The notes: generated by a model from the sequence alone, not told the origin. Counted from the stretch's first letter, positions 40,902-51,171 are shown. The stretch: DNA of 64,000 bases from an uncultured Eubacteriales bacterium (GCA_903835065.1 CAILLO010000077.1:127149-191148), one strand, 5' to 3'. Made by a program: numbers and translations.

Positions 40902-42992
40902 ATGGCCGACCAGAAACCGGCGCGTCGATTTGGCGCGTCCAATCCCCAACCCCGCAACCAGGGCGCAGAAGGCGCCGAAAGACCCGCGAACGCAGCAGCA
41001 AGAGCGCCCTCGGGGCGCTCCCCGCAGCCCCCCCGCCAGCCCCGCCGCACCGACGGCACCCCCGGAGCGCAGCCGCAGGGCGGCTCCGCCCGCCCCCCCC
41101 AGCGTCCCCAGGGAGCCCGTCCGCCGCAGGGTGGTCGCGCCCCGCAGGCGCCCCGCCCCCCCCGGTCTCCCCAGGCCGGCGCCGGAGCCCCCCGCCCGAC
41201 GCCCCGTCCGCAGGGCGAAGCCCGCAAGCCGGCTCCCCGCCCGAGCGCCACGCGCCCGCAGCCCCGTCCCAGCGCGGTTCCCCGCATCGCGGCGGGACAG
41301 GCGTCCGTCCCCGCCGTCGACGGCGCGGCGCCCCGCCTCAAGGTGATCCCGCTCAGCGGACTGTCCGAGATCGGCAAGAACATGACCGTCTTCGAGTACG
41401 GCAACGACATGATCGTCGTCGACTGCGGACTCGGCTTCCCCGAAGAGGACATGCCCGGCGTCGACCTCGTGATCCCCGACATGTCCTACGTCTTCAAGAA
41501 CCGGCAGAAGGTCCGCGGCGTCTTCCTGACGCACGGCCACGAGGACCACATCGGTGCCCTCCCCTGGCTGATGAAGGAGGTCAAGGCGCCTCTCTACGGC
41601 CTGCCGCTGGCCCTCGCGCTCGCGAAGATCAAGATGGAGGACAAGCAGCTCGCCTCCTCCGTCAAGTTCATGAAGACGCTGCCGGGCGACATCATCCAGG
41701 CCGGCGCCTTCTCCGTGGAGTTCATCCACGCGACGCACAGCATCGCCGACGCCGCCCACCTCGCGATCCACACGCCCGTCGGCACGATCGTGCATTCGGG
41801 CGACTTCAAGATCGACTACACGCCGATCGACGGCGGTCCGCCGGACCTCGGCCGTCTCGCGGCGCTCGGCGCCGAAGGCGTGCTCCTCCTGATGTGCGAG
41901 AGCACGAACGTGGAGAAGCGCGGCTACACGATGTCCGAGAGCAAGGTCGGCGAGACCTTCATCGACCTGTTCCAGAACGCGACGGGCCGCATCATCATCG
42001 CCACCTTCTCGTCGAACGTCCACCGCATGCAGCAGATCTTCACCGCGGCGGAGCGCTACGGCCGCAAGGTCGCGCTGGTGGGCCGCAGCATGCTCAAGGT
42101 GTTCGGCGCGGCGAACGAGCTCGGCTACATCAAGATGCAGCCCGGCACGCTGATCGACATCGAGCGCATCGACGACTACGACCCCGACGAACTCGTGATC
42201 CTGTCGACGGGCAGCCAGGGCGAGCCGATGTCCGCGCTGACCCGAATGGCCTTCTCGGAGCACAAGAAGGTCGAGATCGTCCGCGGCGACACCGTGATCC
42301 TGTCCGCGAGCCCGATCCCCGGCAACGAGAAGGCGATCTACAAGGTCGTCAACGAGCTGTTCCGCCGCGGCGCGGACGTGGTCTACGAGTCGCTCGCCGA
42401 AGTGCATGTCTCCGGGCACGCCTGCCAGGAGGAGCTCAAGCTCATGCACCAACTGGTGAAGCCGAAGTTCTTCCTCCCCGTCCACGGCGAATACCGCCAC
42501 CTGTCGCGCCACGCACAGCTCGCGAACCGCATGGGCACGCCCTGGGAGAACATCTTCCTGCTCGGCAACGGGGATATCCTCGAGCTGTCCGCGGACACGG
42601 CGAAGATCGCCGGCTACGTCAGCGCGACCGACGTCCTGATCGACGGCACGGGCCTCGGCGAAGCCGGCAACCTCGTGCTGCGCGACCGCAAGCTCCTGGC
42701 CGAGGACGGCATGCTGTCCGTCAGCATCGCCCTCTGGGCCGACGACGGGACGCTCGCCGCCGACCCCGACATCCAGGCGCGCGGCTTCCTGTATGAAGCC
42801 GAGGCGGAGCGCGTGATCGAGGAGTCCCGCTCCAAGATCCTCACGTTCCTGCAGCGCGCGGCGGCGGCCAACAAGCCGATCGCCGAGATGATCCGCACGA
42901 ACGCCCTGCGCGACCAGCTGCGCGACTTCCTGCACGAGCGCACCCAGCGCCGACCGGTCGTGCTGGTCAGCCTGATGGAGATCGAACCCTAG
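40902..42992 (+). CDS. rnj: Ribonuclease J with a long Pro/Arg/Gln-rich N-terminal extension
   Basis: AAGGAGG RBS; EIGKNM, THGHEDHIG, SGDFK, GSQGEP, HVSGH, PVHGE. Confidence 0.95.
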   Translation: MADQKPARRFGASNPQPRNQGAEGAERPANAAARAPSGRSPQPPRQPRRTDGTPGAQPQGGSARPPQRPQGARPPQGGRAPQAPRPPRSPQAGAGAPRPTPRPQGEARKPAPRPSATRPQPRPSAVPRIAAGQASVPAVDGAAPRLKVIPLSGLSEIGKNMTVFEYGNDMIVVDCGLGFPEEDMPGVDLVIPDMSYVFKNRQKVRGVFLTHGHEDHIGALPWLMKEVKAPLYGLPLALALAKIKMEDKQLASSVKFMKTLPGDIIQAGAFSVEFIHATHSIADAAHLAIHTPVGTIVHSGDFKIDYTPIDGGPPDLGRLAALGAEGVLLLMCESTNVEKRGYTMSESKVGETFIDLFQNATGRIIIATFSSNVHRMQQIFTAAERYGRKVALVGRSMLKVFGAANELGYIKMQPGTLIDIERIDDYDPDELVILSTGSQGEPMSALTRMAFSEHKKVEIVRGDTVILSASPIPGNEKAIYKVVNELFRRGADVVYESLAEVHVSGHACQEELKLMHQLVKPKFFLPVHGEYRHLSRHAQLANRMGTPWENIFLLGNGDILELSADTAKIAGYVSATDVLIDGTGLGEAGNLVLRDRKLLAEDGMLSVSIALWADDGTLAADPDIQARGFLYEAEAERVIEESRSKILTFLQRAAAANKPIAEMIRTNALRDQLRDFLHERTQRRPVVLVSLMEIEP

Positions 42993-43017
42993 TCCCACGT
43001 TCCCGAACAACGCACGA

Positions 43018-43062
43018 AGGACCCGTCCGCTTCCGTCGATCGGAGCCGGGCGGGTCCTCTTC
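43018..43062 (+). terminator. Probable terminator after rnj
   Basis: AGGACCCGTCCG...CGGGCGGGTCCT-CTT stem. Confidence 0.55.
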
Positions 43063-43167
43063 CGTCCCCCGGGAACCGCCGAGACTTCGCGAACGGCTGT
43101 TTTCCGGGCTTCCAACGGAATCCGGAACGCGCTATGCTTCAGGAAGGAAGACCGGAGGAGGTGTCGG

Positions 43168-43518
43168 ATGGGCCATCAACGCAGAAGTCTGGAATCCTAT
43201 CGCAGGGAGTTCCGGGAGGACTGGCAGCGCGAGGACCTGGGCCGGGAGGAAGAGCGGAAGGTCTGGAAGGACCTGAAGAAAGGCATCCCGTTGCCATCGG
43301 ACGTCTTCGAGGACACCAGCGGCTTCGAGACCCACTATTTTCGCCGGAAAGTCACGGGGGAGCTCACCGAGGACGAACTCGGGGAACTGATGCGGTACCG
43401 GAAGCTCGACTCGCTCCGGGACCTCGCGGCGTCCGCGCGGGTCGTCCGGTGCGTGCTGGTCGCCCTCCTGGTCGTCGCGGCCCTCGCCCTGTTCCTGCTC
43501 CTGGTCCACGCGATCTAG
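43168..43518 (+). CDS. Small hypothetical protein with a C-terminal TM helix
   Basis: GGAGGAGG RBS; charged N-terminus and hydrophobic C-terminus. Confidence 0.65.
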   Translation: MGHQRRSLESYRREFREDWQREDLGREEERKVWKDLKKGIPLPSDVFEDTSGFETHYFRRKVTGELTEDELGELMRYRKLDSLRDLAASARVVRCVLVALLVVAALALFLLLVHAI

Positions 43519-43553
43519 GCGGCGGCCTCCGGGGCCGCGGACCGCGGGCGCAC

Positions 43554-43596
43554 GAAGCCCTCCGCACCCGGTCTTCCGGGCACGGAGGGCTTCTTC
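43554..43596. terminator. Terminator between convergent genes
   Basis: GAAGCCCTCCG...CGGAGGGCTTC-TTC stem. Confidence 0.6.
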
Positions 43597-43620
43597 GTGG
43601 AGCGAGGCGGGCTCGGGGCT

Positions 43621-44262
43621 CTAGCCGCGGGCCTTGATCGCCGCTGCGGCCGCTTCCGCGGCGGAGGCCGCGTCGGGGGCGTACAGGTCGGCGCCGATGC
43701 TCTTGCAGAAGGTCTCGTTGACCGGCGCGCCGCCGACCATGATGACGAACTTGTTCCGGACGCCGGCGGCCACGGCGGCCTCGACGACGGCCTTCATCTC
43801 GTTCATCGTGGTGGTGAGCAGGGCGGAGCAGCAGATGACCTGGACGTTGTTCTCGATCGCGGCGGCGACGAACTTGTCGGCCGGGACGTCGGTGCCGATG
43901 TCGATGACCTCGAGGCCCTTGCCTTCCATCATCATCGCGACCAGGTTCTTGCCGATGTCGTGCAGGTCGCCCTTGACGGTTCCGATGAGGACCTTGCCGC
44001 TGGCCTTGACGCCCTGGGAGGCGAGCAGGGGCTTCAGGATCTCGGTGCCGGCCTTCATGGCGCGCGCGGCGATCAGGACGTCGGGGACGTAGACTTCGTT
44101 GTTCTTGAATTTGCCGCCGATGATGCCCATGCCCGCGAGCAGGCCCTGGTTGAGCACGTCGGACGCGGGCACGCCGGCGTCCAGCGCTTCCTGCACCATG
44201 ACCTTGACGTCCTTGGCCTTGCCCTTCTGCAGCGCTTCCGAGATCAGATCGAGGATTTCCAT
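43621..44262 (-). CDS. Methyltransferase-system corrinoid protein (MtbC/MttC-like)
   Basis: B12 cap domain, GTVKGDLHDIGKN, SALLTTT, MVGGAP. Confidence 0.92.
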   Translation of the reverse strand: MEILDLISEALQKGKAKDVKVMVQEALDAGVPASDVLNQGLLAGMGIIGGKFKNNEVYVPDVLIAARAMKAGTEILKPLLASQGVKASGKVLIGTVKGDLHDIGKNLVAMMMEGKGLEVIDIGTDVPADKFVAAAIENNVQVICCSALLTTTMNEMKAVVEAAVAAGVRNKFVIMVGGAPVNETFCKSIGADLYAPDAASAAEAAAAAIKARG

Positions 44263-44309
44263 GTCTCATTCCTCCCATATCCTGCCCCGGGTCTTCCGAG
44301 GCTGTTCCG

Positions 44310-45662
44310 CTATTTCTCGAGCCGCGCCGAAGACGCCGCCGGCTTGACCTTGCCGCGCGATTCCCGAAACTTGCCCGGGGTCACGCCCGTCATCCGCTTG
44401 AACACCTTGGAGAAGTAGCTCTGGCCCTCGAAACCGGCCAGCGTCGACACGTCGACGAGCTGGATCGAGTCGTTGAGCAGCATCTTCTTGGCGGACTCCA
44501 CGCGGATCCGGTTCACGAAGACGTTGAAGTTGTCCTTCATCTCCTCCTTGAAGACCCGGCTGAAGTAGGCCGGGCTGAGGTACACGTGCGACGCGGCCTC
44601 CTCCAGGGTGATGCGGTTCATGTAGTTCTTGCGGATGTAGTCCACCGCGCGGTAGATCACGTCCGCATGCTTGACTTCCGACAGGTTGAAGACCTGGTCC
44701 GTGAAGCGGGCCATGATGCCGGACAGCCAGTAGGCGAGGTCCTCGACGTTGCGGAAGCTGTTGATGCGGTTGAGGTAGCCGTAGTTGAGGCCGAAGATCT
44801 GCTGCGCGTCTGCGCCGCCCTTGATCGCGGCGCGGGACAGTAGCACGACCAGCTCGAGCACGCGGGCGCGGATGATGTCGAAGCTGCCGCCGCTTGCGAA
44901 GAAGATGTGGCCCAGGATCTCGTTGAGGACGCGTTGCGCGCCGGGCCGGTCGCCGATCTCGATCAGGTCGAGGAGCTCGCGCTCCTTTTCCATCGGATAG
45001 GCCTCCATGCCCTCGGGCTGGCCGATGTCCTTGATCGAGCGGATATGTTCCCAGATTTCGGCCTGCAGTTCGCCGGAGCTCTTTCGGGCGTCGACGTCGG
45101 CATAGGAATCGTCGGACAGCGACTTCGCGACGTGGGCGAGCAGGTCGCACAGGCTGTTCACGCGCTGCGGGGCGATCACGGGGACGCTCTCCATCTGGCG
45201 GCGCAGCGACGGGATGAATTCGTTCGCGATCCCGTTCTTGGCCATGATTTCGTCGATCAGGAACTCGTCGGGGTCGATCATGTGCACGGGCCCGCCGAGC
45301 AGGGCGCCGACCACGACGCCACCGGACAGGACGGGCGAGGCCCAGTGCGTCAGGCCCATCGGGCAGAAATAGACGTACTTGCCGCCGAAGCGCTCGGCCT
45401 GGTAGGAGCCGTAGAGGTGCGAATTGGTGCAGGCGTCGGCCTCGGAGGAGCCTTCGGGGATGCGGGAGCGGAAGATCTCGCCCGCGATCTCGCACACCGT
45501 GTGGCGGCCGTGCTGCCTATCCGCGACGTGCAGGGTCTCCCCCATCGCGCTGACCACCATGCACGGGACGCCGGTCGACCGCTCGTAGTCGTCCGCGGCA
45601 CGGAACAGGCGTTCCATGTCGTAGTTCGGGGCGAGCGTCTGCGGCAGCGAGAAGCGGACCAT
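44310..45662 (-). CDS. PocR-sensor AraC family transcriptional regulator
   Basis: PocR-like Cys pattern (HTVC...ACTNSH...YFCPMGL), C-terminal AraC double HTH (SPAYFSRVFK...GVTPGKFR). Confidence 0.85.
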   Translation of the reverse strand: MVRFSLPQTLAPNYDMERLFRAADDYERSTGVPCMVVSAMGETLHVADRQHGRHTVCEIAGEIFRSRIPEGSSEADACTNSHLYGSYQAERFGGKYVYFCPMGLTHWASPVLSGGVVVGALLGGPVHMIDPDEFLIDEIMAKNGIANEFIPSLRRQMESVPVIAPQRVNSLCDLLAHVAKSLSDDSYADVDARKSSGELQAEIWEHIRSIKDIGQPEGMEAYPMEKERELLDLIEIGDRPGAQRVLNEILGHIFFASGGSFDIIRARVLELVVLLSRAAIKGGADAQQIFGLNYGYLNRINSFRNVEDLAYWLSGIMARFTDQVFNLSEVKHADVIYRAVDYIRKNYMNRITLEEAASHVYLSPAYFSRVFKEEMKDNFNVFVNRIRVESAKKMLLNDSIQLVDVSTLAGFEGQSYFSKVFKRMTGVTPGKFRESRGKVKPAASSARLEK

Positions 45663-45756
45663 CGAGTGCCCTCCGGGAAATCCTTCTTTCTGGATTGTAT
45701 TCTATCCCGGAGGGTCAGGATGCAACGGTCTTGTCTCGATTTGTATTTTCTTGCAC

Positions 45757-48156
45757 TCAGTGGCCGCGATGGACCTCGATGACGTCGCGAATGGACTTGA
45801 CCCGTCCGAACACGCGGTCGAGCTGGTCCTGTCCCTGCACTTCGACGGTCATCGAGATGCTGGCGGTGAAGTCCTTGAGGACCTTCATCGAGGCCGCGAC
45901 GATGGAGACCTTCTCCTCGGCGATGGCGCTGGATATGTCGGCGAGCAGGTGCCGCCGGTCGTTCGCGAGCACGGTCATCTCGACCTTGTACGCCGCACCG
46001 GGGGACTCCCCGGCCCATGTGACCTCGATCAGGCGCGCCGCCTCCTCGGTCTCGCGGGGCGTGCGCGTGGAATCGGAGGGGGATAGCAGCGAGCGGATGT
46101 TGGCGCAGTCGGTCCGATGCACGGCGACGCCCTTGCCGCGGGTGATGAAGCCGACGATCGAGTCGCCGTAGACGGGGCCGCAGCAGCGGGAGAACACGAC
46201 GAGGCAGTTGTCGATGCCCTTCACGACGACGCCGCCGCTCTTGTTCGTCGGGCGGCGCTGCGGGCGCTGGGTGACCATGGCGGCGGCCGCGGCGACGAGG
46301 GCCTCCTCGGTGGCCTTCTGGCCGGCCTGCGCGAGCCCGGCCGGGACGATCTGCGACGGTACGGGCGTGGCGCCGGGCACGTGCACCAGCTGTCCCTGGG
46401 CGTTCAGCCGGTACCCCAGGCGCGTGCGCTCCTCCTCGGGCAGGTAGCGGATGTATTCCTCGCGCAGTCGGGAGATCACCTTGCCGGCCGACAGGCCGCC
46501 GAAGCCGATCGCGGAGTACATGTCGTCGACGGAGGAAAGCGAGTAGCGGCGCAGCACCGGATCGAGCACATCGCCGCGTGCAAGCAGCTGGGACGGCGTG
46601 AGCGAGAGCTTGCGAAGCTCCTTCTCGAAGGCCTCCTTGCCGCGCTCGATGTTCTCCTCGCGCATCTCCTTCTTGAACCACTGGTTGATCTTGCTGCGTG
46701 CCGACGAGCTCTTCACGATCTTCAGCCAATCGCGGCTGGGCCCGTGGACCTTGTCGGAGGTCAGGATCTCGACGATGTCGCCGTTCTGCAGCTCGTACGT
46801 CAACGGCACGATGCGCCCGTTGACCTTGGCGCCGTACATGCGGTTGCCGATGCCGCTGTGGATGTTGTACGCGAGGTCGACCGGCACGGCGCCGGCCGGC
46901 AGCGGCACGACGTCGCCGCGCGGCGTGAACACGAACACCTCGTCGGCGACCAGACCGTTGCGCAGCGACTCCATGAACTCGCCGGCGTCGCGCATCTCCT
47001 TCTGCCACTCGAGAAGCTGGCGCAGCCAGGCGAGCTTCTCGTCGTAGGCCTCGCCCTCCTTCGCGTCCTTGCCGCCCTTGCCCTTCGCAGCGGCGCCCCC
47101 CGCGCCCTGCGCGCCCTCCTTGTACTTCCAGTGCGCCGCGATGCCGTATTCCGCCGTGCGGTGCATGTCCTTCGTGCGGATCTGCACCTCGAAGGGCACG
47201 CCCTTGGGACCGAACACGGTCGTGTGCAGCGACTGGTACTGGTTGGGCTTGGGCATCGCGATGTAGTCCTTGAAGCGGCCGGGCATCGGGCGGTACAGGT
47301 CGTGCACCGCGCCGAGCACGGCGTAGCAGTCCGCGACCGTATCGACGACGACGCGCGTCGCGAAGAGGTCGTAGATCTGGTCCAGGGACTTGGCCTGCGT
47401 CTGCATCTTGCGGTAGATGCTGTAGAAGTGCTTCGGACGGCCGTCGATGTCGCCGTGGATGCCCATCGACTCGATACGCGCGCGGATCTCGGCGATGACC
47501 TGGGCCAGCATCTGCTCGCGCTCGGTGCGTTTCTGCGCGATCGCGCCGACGAGCTCGTAGTAGGCCTCCCGGTCGATGTAGCGGAGGCAGAGGTCCTCGA
47601 GTTCCCACTTCATGCGGTAGATGCCGAGGCGGTGGGCGAGCGGCGCGTAGATGTCGAGGGTCTCGTGCGCCTTCTCCTTCTGCTTCTCCTCGGTCATGTA
47701 CTGGATCGTGCGCATGTTGTGCAGGCGGTCGGCCAGCTTGATCAGGACGACGCGGATGTCGCGGGCCATCGAGAGGAACATCTTGCGGAAGTTCTCGGCC
47801 TGCACCTCCTCCTTCGAGGAGTAGGAGATCTTCTCGAGCTTGGTCACGCCGTCGACGAGTTCCGCGACGGTCTCGCCGAACTGCTCGCGGACGTCGTCGA
47901 GGGTGCGGCCGGTGTCCTCGACGGTGTCGTGCAGCAGCGCGCCGCACAGCGTTTCGGCGTCGACCTCGTAGTCGGTCAGGATCAGGGTGGTCTCGACGGG
48001 GTGGAAGATATACGGCTCGCCGTTGGCGCGGGTCTGCCCCTCGTGCGCGGTCCTTGCGAACTCATAGGCCTTCCAGAGCCGCTCGCCGACGGGCTCGCGG
48101 AGATAGGCCTCCGCCTTGGAGACCACGGTGCCCATGAGTTCCCGGATTTCAGGCAT
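45757..48156 (-). CDS. rel: Bifunctional (p)ppGpp synthetase/hydrolase Rel
   Basis: LLHDTVED, KLADRLHNMRT, GRPKHFYSIY, YQSLHT, EVQIRT, TGS, CC and ACT domains. Confidence 0.96.
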   Translation of the reverse strand: MPEIRELMGTVVSKAEAYLREPVGERLWKAYEFARTAHEGQTRANGEPYIFHPVETTLILTDYEVDAETLCGALLHDTVEDTGRTLDDVREQFGETVAELVDGVTKLEKISYSSKEEVQAENFRKMFLSMARDIRVVLIKLADRLHNMRTIQYMTEEKQKEKAHETLDIYAPLAHRLGIYRMKWELEDLCLRYIDREAYYELVGAIAQKRTEREQMLAQVIAEIRARIESMGIHGDIDGRPKHFYSIYRKMQTQAKSLDQIYDLFATRVVVDTVADCYAVLGAVHDLYRPMPGRFKDYIAMPKPNQYQSLHTTVFGPKGVPFEVQIRTKDMHRTAEYGIAAHWKYKEGAQGAGGAAAKGKGGKDAKEGEAYDEKLAWLRQLLEWQKEMRDAGEFMESLRNGLVADEVFVFTPRGDVVPLPAGAVPVDLAYNIHSGIGNRMYGAKVNGRIVPLTYELQNGDIVEILTSDKVHGPSRDWLKIVKSSSARSKINQWFKKEMREENIERGKEAFEKELRKLSLTPSQLLARGDVLDPVLRRYSLSSVDDMYSAIGFGGLSAGKVISRLREEYIRYLPEEERTRLGYRLNAQGQLVHVPGATPVPSQIVPAGLAQAGQKATEEALVAAAAAMVTQRPQRRPTNKSGGVVVKGIDNCLVVFSRCCGPVYGDSIVGFITRGKGVAVHRTDCANIRSLLSPSDSTRTPRETEEAARLIEVTWAGESPGAAYKVEMTVLANDRRHLLADISSAIAEEKVSIVAASMKVLKDFTASISMTVEVQGQDQLDRVFGRVKSIRDVIEVHRGH

Positions 48157-50212
48157 CCGCTTCCAGAGCCCCTTCTTCCTTGAGCCGGCGATAGGTCGGC
48201 GAGCCTTCGAGCTTCACGCGGTCGGCGGTCGGCAGGAGGCGGATCCTGCGTCGCCCTGTGCCGGCGGCCTCGAGGACGACGAGCGAGGATTCCTCCAGTA
48301 TAGCCAAAACCGTCTCCAGTTCAAATCCGGAGGCCGTGCCGCAGCCGTTCAGGGGCCCGAGGTCGCGGGCGATCGCGGTGGGGTCGTAGATCGTTCCGTC
48401 GGCATTCCGCGGGTCCTTCAGGAGGCGGTAGACGGCGCCGAACAACGACGCGCGGACCATGCGGGGCGCGCCCGGGCGCAGGTCGCGGATCTGGAGCTGG
48501 ACGCTCTTCGCGCCGCGGTACTCGTTGACGTCGAGCTGGAAAAGCACGTCGATGCGGTCGCCGTCGGCGAAGGAGTCGGGTCGGGACGCGTTGCCGAAGG
48601 CGATGCCGTCGGGCGCGGGGCGGCCGTCCGCGGTCCGGAACGAGTAGCGGCGGTGCTTGCCCTCGGTCAGCGGACGCTGCGCGGCGACGCGCAGGTCCTT
48701 CGCGACGAAGAGCGGCCGGGGGTTGCCCTCGCCGAACGGGGCGAGGCGCTGGAGGGACAGGGCACGGTCGAGGGTCAGCGCGGTCGGCGGCAGGACGGCG
48801 TCGGCCTCGACGGCCGGTCCGTCGTCTCCACCCTCGGGCGGCGGGAGGGCGGCCGCGCAGGCCTCGAGCGCGGCGCGGAAGGCGTCGAGGTTTCCGGGTT
48901 CGATCACGACGCCGGCGGCCTTGCGGTGCCCGCCGAACCGGACGGTGAGAGGGGCGGCGGAGGCGATCGCGGACAGCAGGTCGAAGTCGCCGCAGCCGCG
49001 GCCGGAACCGCGGAGCTGGCCGTTCTCGTCGGCGAAGACGATGGCGGAGCGGCCGAAGGCCTCGACGAGGCGCGAGGCGACGATGCCGACCACGCCGGGG
49101 TGCCAGCCGGCGCCCGCGACGACGAGGGGCGCAGAGGGGGGGAGGGCGGTGGTGACGGCCGGGGCGGGGCGTTCGCGCGCCGCGAGGAGCGCGCGCGCCT
49201 GGGCGGACGCCTCGTCGAAGATGCGGCCCTCGACGGCCTGCCGACGCGCGTTCTCACGTTCCAGTTCGGCGGCGAGCGCGGCGGCACGCGCGGGGTCGGT
49301 CGCGAGGAGAAGCTCGACCGCGCGCGTCGCGTCGCCCATCCGCCCCGCGGCATTGAGGCGCGGGGCGAGGCGGAAGGCGACGGAGGCCTCGTCGAGGGCT
49401 TCGGGCGCGGTGGACGAGGCGTCGAGGAGCGCGCGGACGCCGGGGCGAGGCGCGCGGCGCATGCGCTCGAGGCCGAGCGCGACCCAGAGGCGGTTCTCGT
49501 GGAGGACCGGCACGACGTCGGCGACGGTGCCGATTGCGGCGAGGTCGACGCCGTCGAGCCAGAGGTCGCCGAGGGACAGCCGGGCGCACAGCGCCTGCGT
49601 GAGCCGCAGCGCGAGGCCGGCGCCGGACAGGCCGTCGAACGGATAGGTCGCGTCGGGGCGCTTGGGATCGACGACGGCGTCCGCGGTCGGCAGTTCGGCT
49701 TTGCAGACGTGGTGGTCCGTGACGACGACGGCGACACCCTCAGCCTTCATCGCCGCGATCTCCTCGAGCGCGGACACGCCGCAATCGACGGTCACGACGA
49801 GGCGAGCGCCGGTTTCGCGGACGACTTCGGTGCTGCGCTCGGATAGACCGTAGCCCTCGCCGAGCCGGTCAGGAATATGGTACGCGCAGTCGGCTCCGAT
49901 GCCGCGCAGGAAGGAGACGAGCAACGCGGTGGCGGTCACGCCGTCGGCATCGTAGTCGCCGTGCACGAGAATCCGCTCGCGGGCGCGCAGAGCCTTCTCG
50001 ACGGTCGCGACGGCGGCCTCCATCCCGTCGATGCACAGCGGGTCGGGCACGCGGTCGAGGCGGGGCGAAAGGAACGCCTCCCGCTCCTCACCGTCCTCCG
50101 GCAGGCGCTGCGAAAGCAGGAAGGCGACCAGGTCGGCGTCGTCGGGGAGCGGCGCGACGGTTTCGTACGGCCGTCCGGCGACGGTCCAGCGGCGCGGGTT
50201 CGGTCCGTTCAT
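48149..50212 (-). CDS. recJ: Single-stranded-DNA exonuclease RecJ
   Basis: GDYDADG, TVDCG, TDHH, GTVADVV, PRLNAAGR, FGGH, PFGEGNPRP. Confidence 0.95.
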   Translation of the reverse strand: MNGPNPRRWTVAGRPYETVAPLPDDADLVAFLLSQRLPEDGEEREAFLSPRLDRVPDPLCIDGMEAAVATVEKALRARERILVHGDYDADGVTATALLVSFLRGIGADCAYHIPDRLGEGYGLSERSTEVVRETGARLVVTVDCGVSALEEIAAMKAEGVAVVVTDHHVCKAELPTADAVVDPKRPDATYPFDGLSGAGLALRLTQALCARLSLGDLWLDGVDLAAIGTVADVVPVLHENRLWVALGLERMRRAPRPGVRALLDASSTAPEALDEASVAFRLAPRLNAAGRMGDATRAVELLLATDPARAAALAAELERENARRQAVEGRIFDEASAQARALLAARERPAPAVTTALPPSAPLVVAGAGWHPGVVGIVASRLVEAFGRSAIVFADENGQLRGSGRGCGDFDLLSAIASAAPLTVRFGGHRKAAGVVIEPGNLDAFRAALEACAAALPPPEGGDDGPAVEADAVLPPTALTLDRALSLQRLAPFGEGNPRPLFVAKDLRVAAQRPLTEGKHRRYSFRTADGRPAPDGIAFGNASRPDSFADGDRIDVLFQLDVNEYRGAKSVQLQIRDLRPGAPRMVRASLFGAVYRLLKDPRNADGTIYDPTAIARDLGPLNGCGTASGFELETVLAILEESSLVVLEAAGTGRRRIRLLPTADRVKLEGSPTYRRLKEEGALEADA

Positions 50213-50237
50213 CGCGCGGCGTCCTCCCTCTGATGTG

Positions 50238-50270
50238 CAAGAGCCCGGACCCTTTGACAGGTCCGGGCTC
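50238..50270 (-). terminator. Probable terminator after the rpsU-yqeY pair
   Basis: GAGCCCGGAC...GTCCGGGCTC stem followed by TTG on the minus strand. Confidence 0.55.
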
Positions 50271-50294
50271 CAGGTTGCAGGTCCGGGATTCGGG

Positions 50295-50741
50295 TCAGCC
50301 CTCCAGCACTTTCCTGACGATCGTGTTGACGAGCCTGCCGTCGGCCTTGCCCTTGACGCGGGGCATGATCAGCGGCATCACCTTGCCCATGTCGCGGGCC
50401 GACGAGGCACCGGACGCGGCCACGGCCTCGCGGACGATCTGCTCGATTTCCGCTTCGGTCAGGGCCTTGGGCAGGTAGGTCTCGAGAATCGCCATCTCCT
50501 CGCGGATGCGGGACATCACGTCCTCGCGGCCGCTCGAGGCGATTTCGGCCAGGGTCTCGGAGCGCTTGCGGTACTCCTTCGCCAGGACGTCGATCACGCC
50601 GTCCTCGTCGAGCGTCTTCTGGGAGTCCTTCTCGACCTGCAGGACTGCGGCGCGGGAAATCTGGAGGACTTCCTTCCGGACGAGCTCCTTGTCGCGCATC
50701 GCGGTCTTCATGTCTTCGAACAGGCGTTCCTTGAGGGTCAT
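50295..50741 (-). CDS. yqeY: GatB/YqeY domain protein
   Basis: MTLKERLFEDMKTAMR...YLPKAL...DMGKVM...GKADGRLVN; follows rpsU. Confidence 0.9.
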   Translation of the reverse strand: MTLKERLFEDMKTAMRDKELVRKEVLQISRAAVLQVEKDSQKTLDEDGVIDVLAKEYRKRSETLAEIASSGREDVMSRIREEMAILETYLPKALTEAEIEQIVREAVAASGASSARDMGKVMPLIMPRVKGKADGRLVNTIVRKVLEG

Positions 50742-50775
50742 GGGCCATCCCTTCGGGGCACGGGCGCAGCAGGTT

Positions 50776-50949
50776 CTAGTGCTTCCTCTTGCGCGCGGCT
50801 TCGGACTTCTTCTTGCGGCGGACGCTCGGCTTCTCGTAGTGCTCGCGCTTGCGGACTTCCGCGAGGACGCCGGACTTGGCGCACTGCCGCTTGAAACGAC
50901 GCAGGGCGCTGTCAAGGGTTTCGTTCTCCTTCACTCTGACTTCGGACAT
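50776..50949 (-). CDS. rpsU: 30S ribosomal protein S21 (below the ORF-track length cutoff)
   Basis: Manual translation [57 protein letters not shown]. Confidence 0.96.
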   Translation of the reverse strand: MSEVRVKENETLDSALRRFKRQCAKSGVLAEVRKREHYEKPSVRRKKKSEAARKRKH

Positions 50950-51079
50950 TGTTTTTCACCCCCCTTGACTGTGGAATGCATCCGGACCGGCGCGTTTCGC
51001 AAAGTGGGCCGGGCAAGACTCGAAGGGATTATACCGTCTTTGCGGAGCCGACGCAACCGGAGGGGTGCCTGGAAGGGGA

Positions 51080-51135
51080 TTGACACACCGTGCCGACGGA
51101 TGTAGTCTGAAATCGAACCGCCTACAGATGTCGTC
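51080..51135 (+). promoter_or_regulatory. Sigma-A promoter with two BlaI/CopY-type operators
   Basis: TTGACA (51080-51085), 17 nt, TAGTCT (51103-51108); GCCGACGGATGTAGTC (51092-51107) and GCCTACAGATGTCGTC (51120-51135) approximate the TACA-N2-TGTA dyad. Confidence 0.72.
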
Positions 51136-51171
51136 TCCCGTTCGCATGCAAACGACAGGAGGATCCGACCG

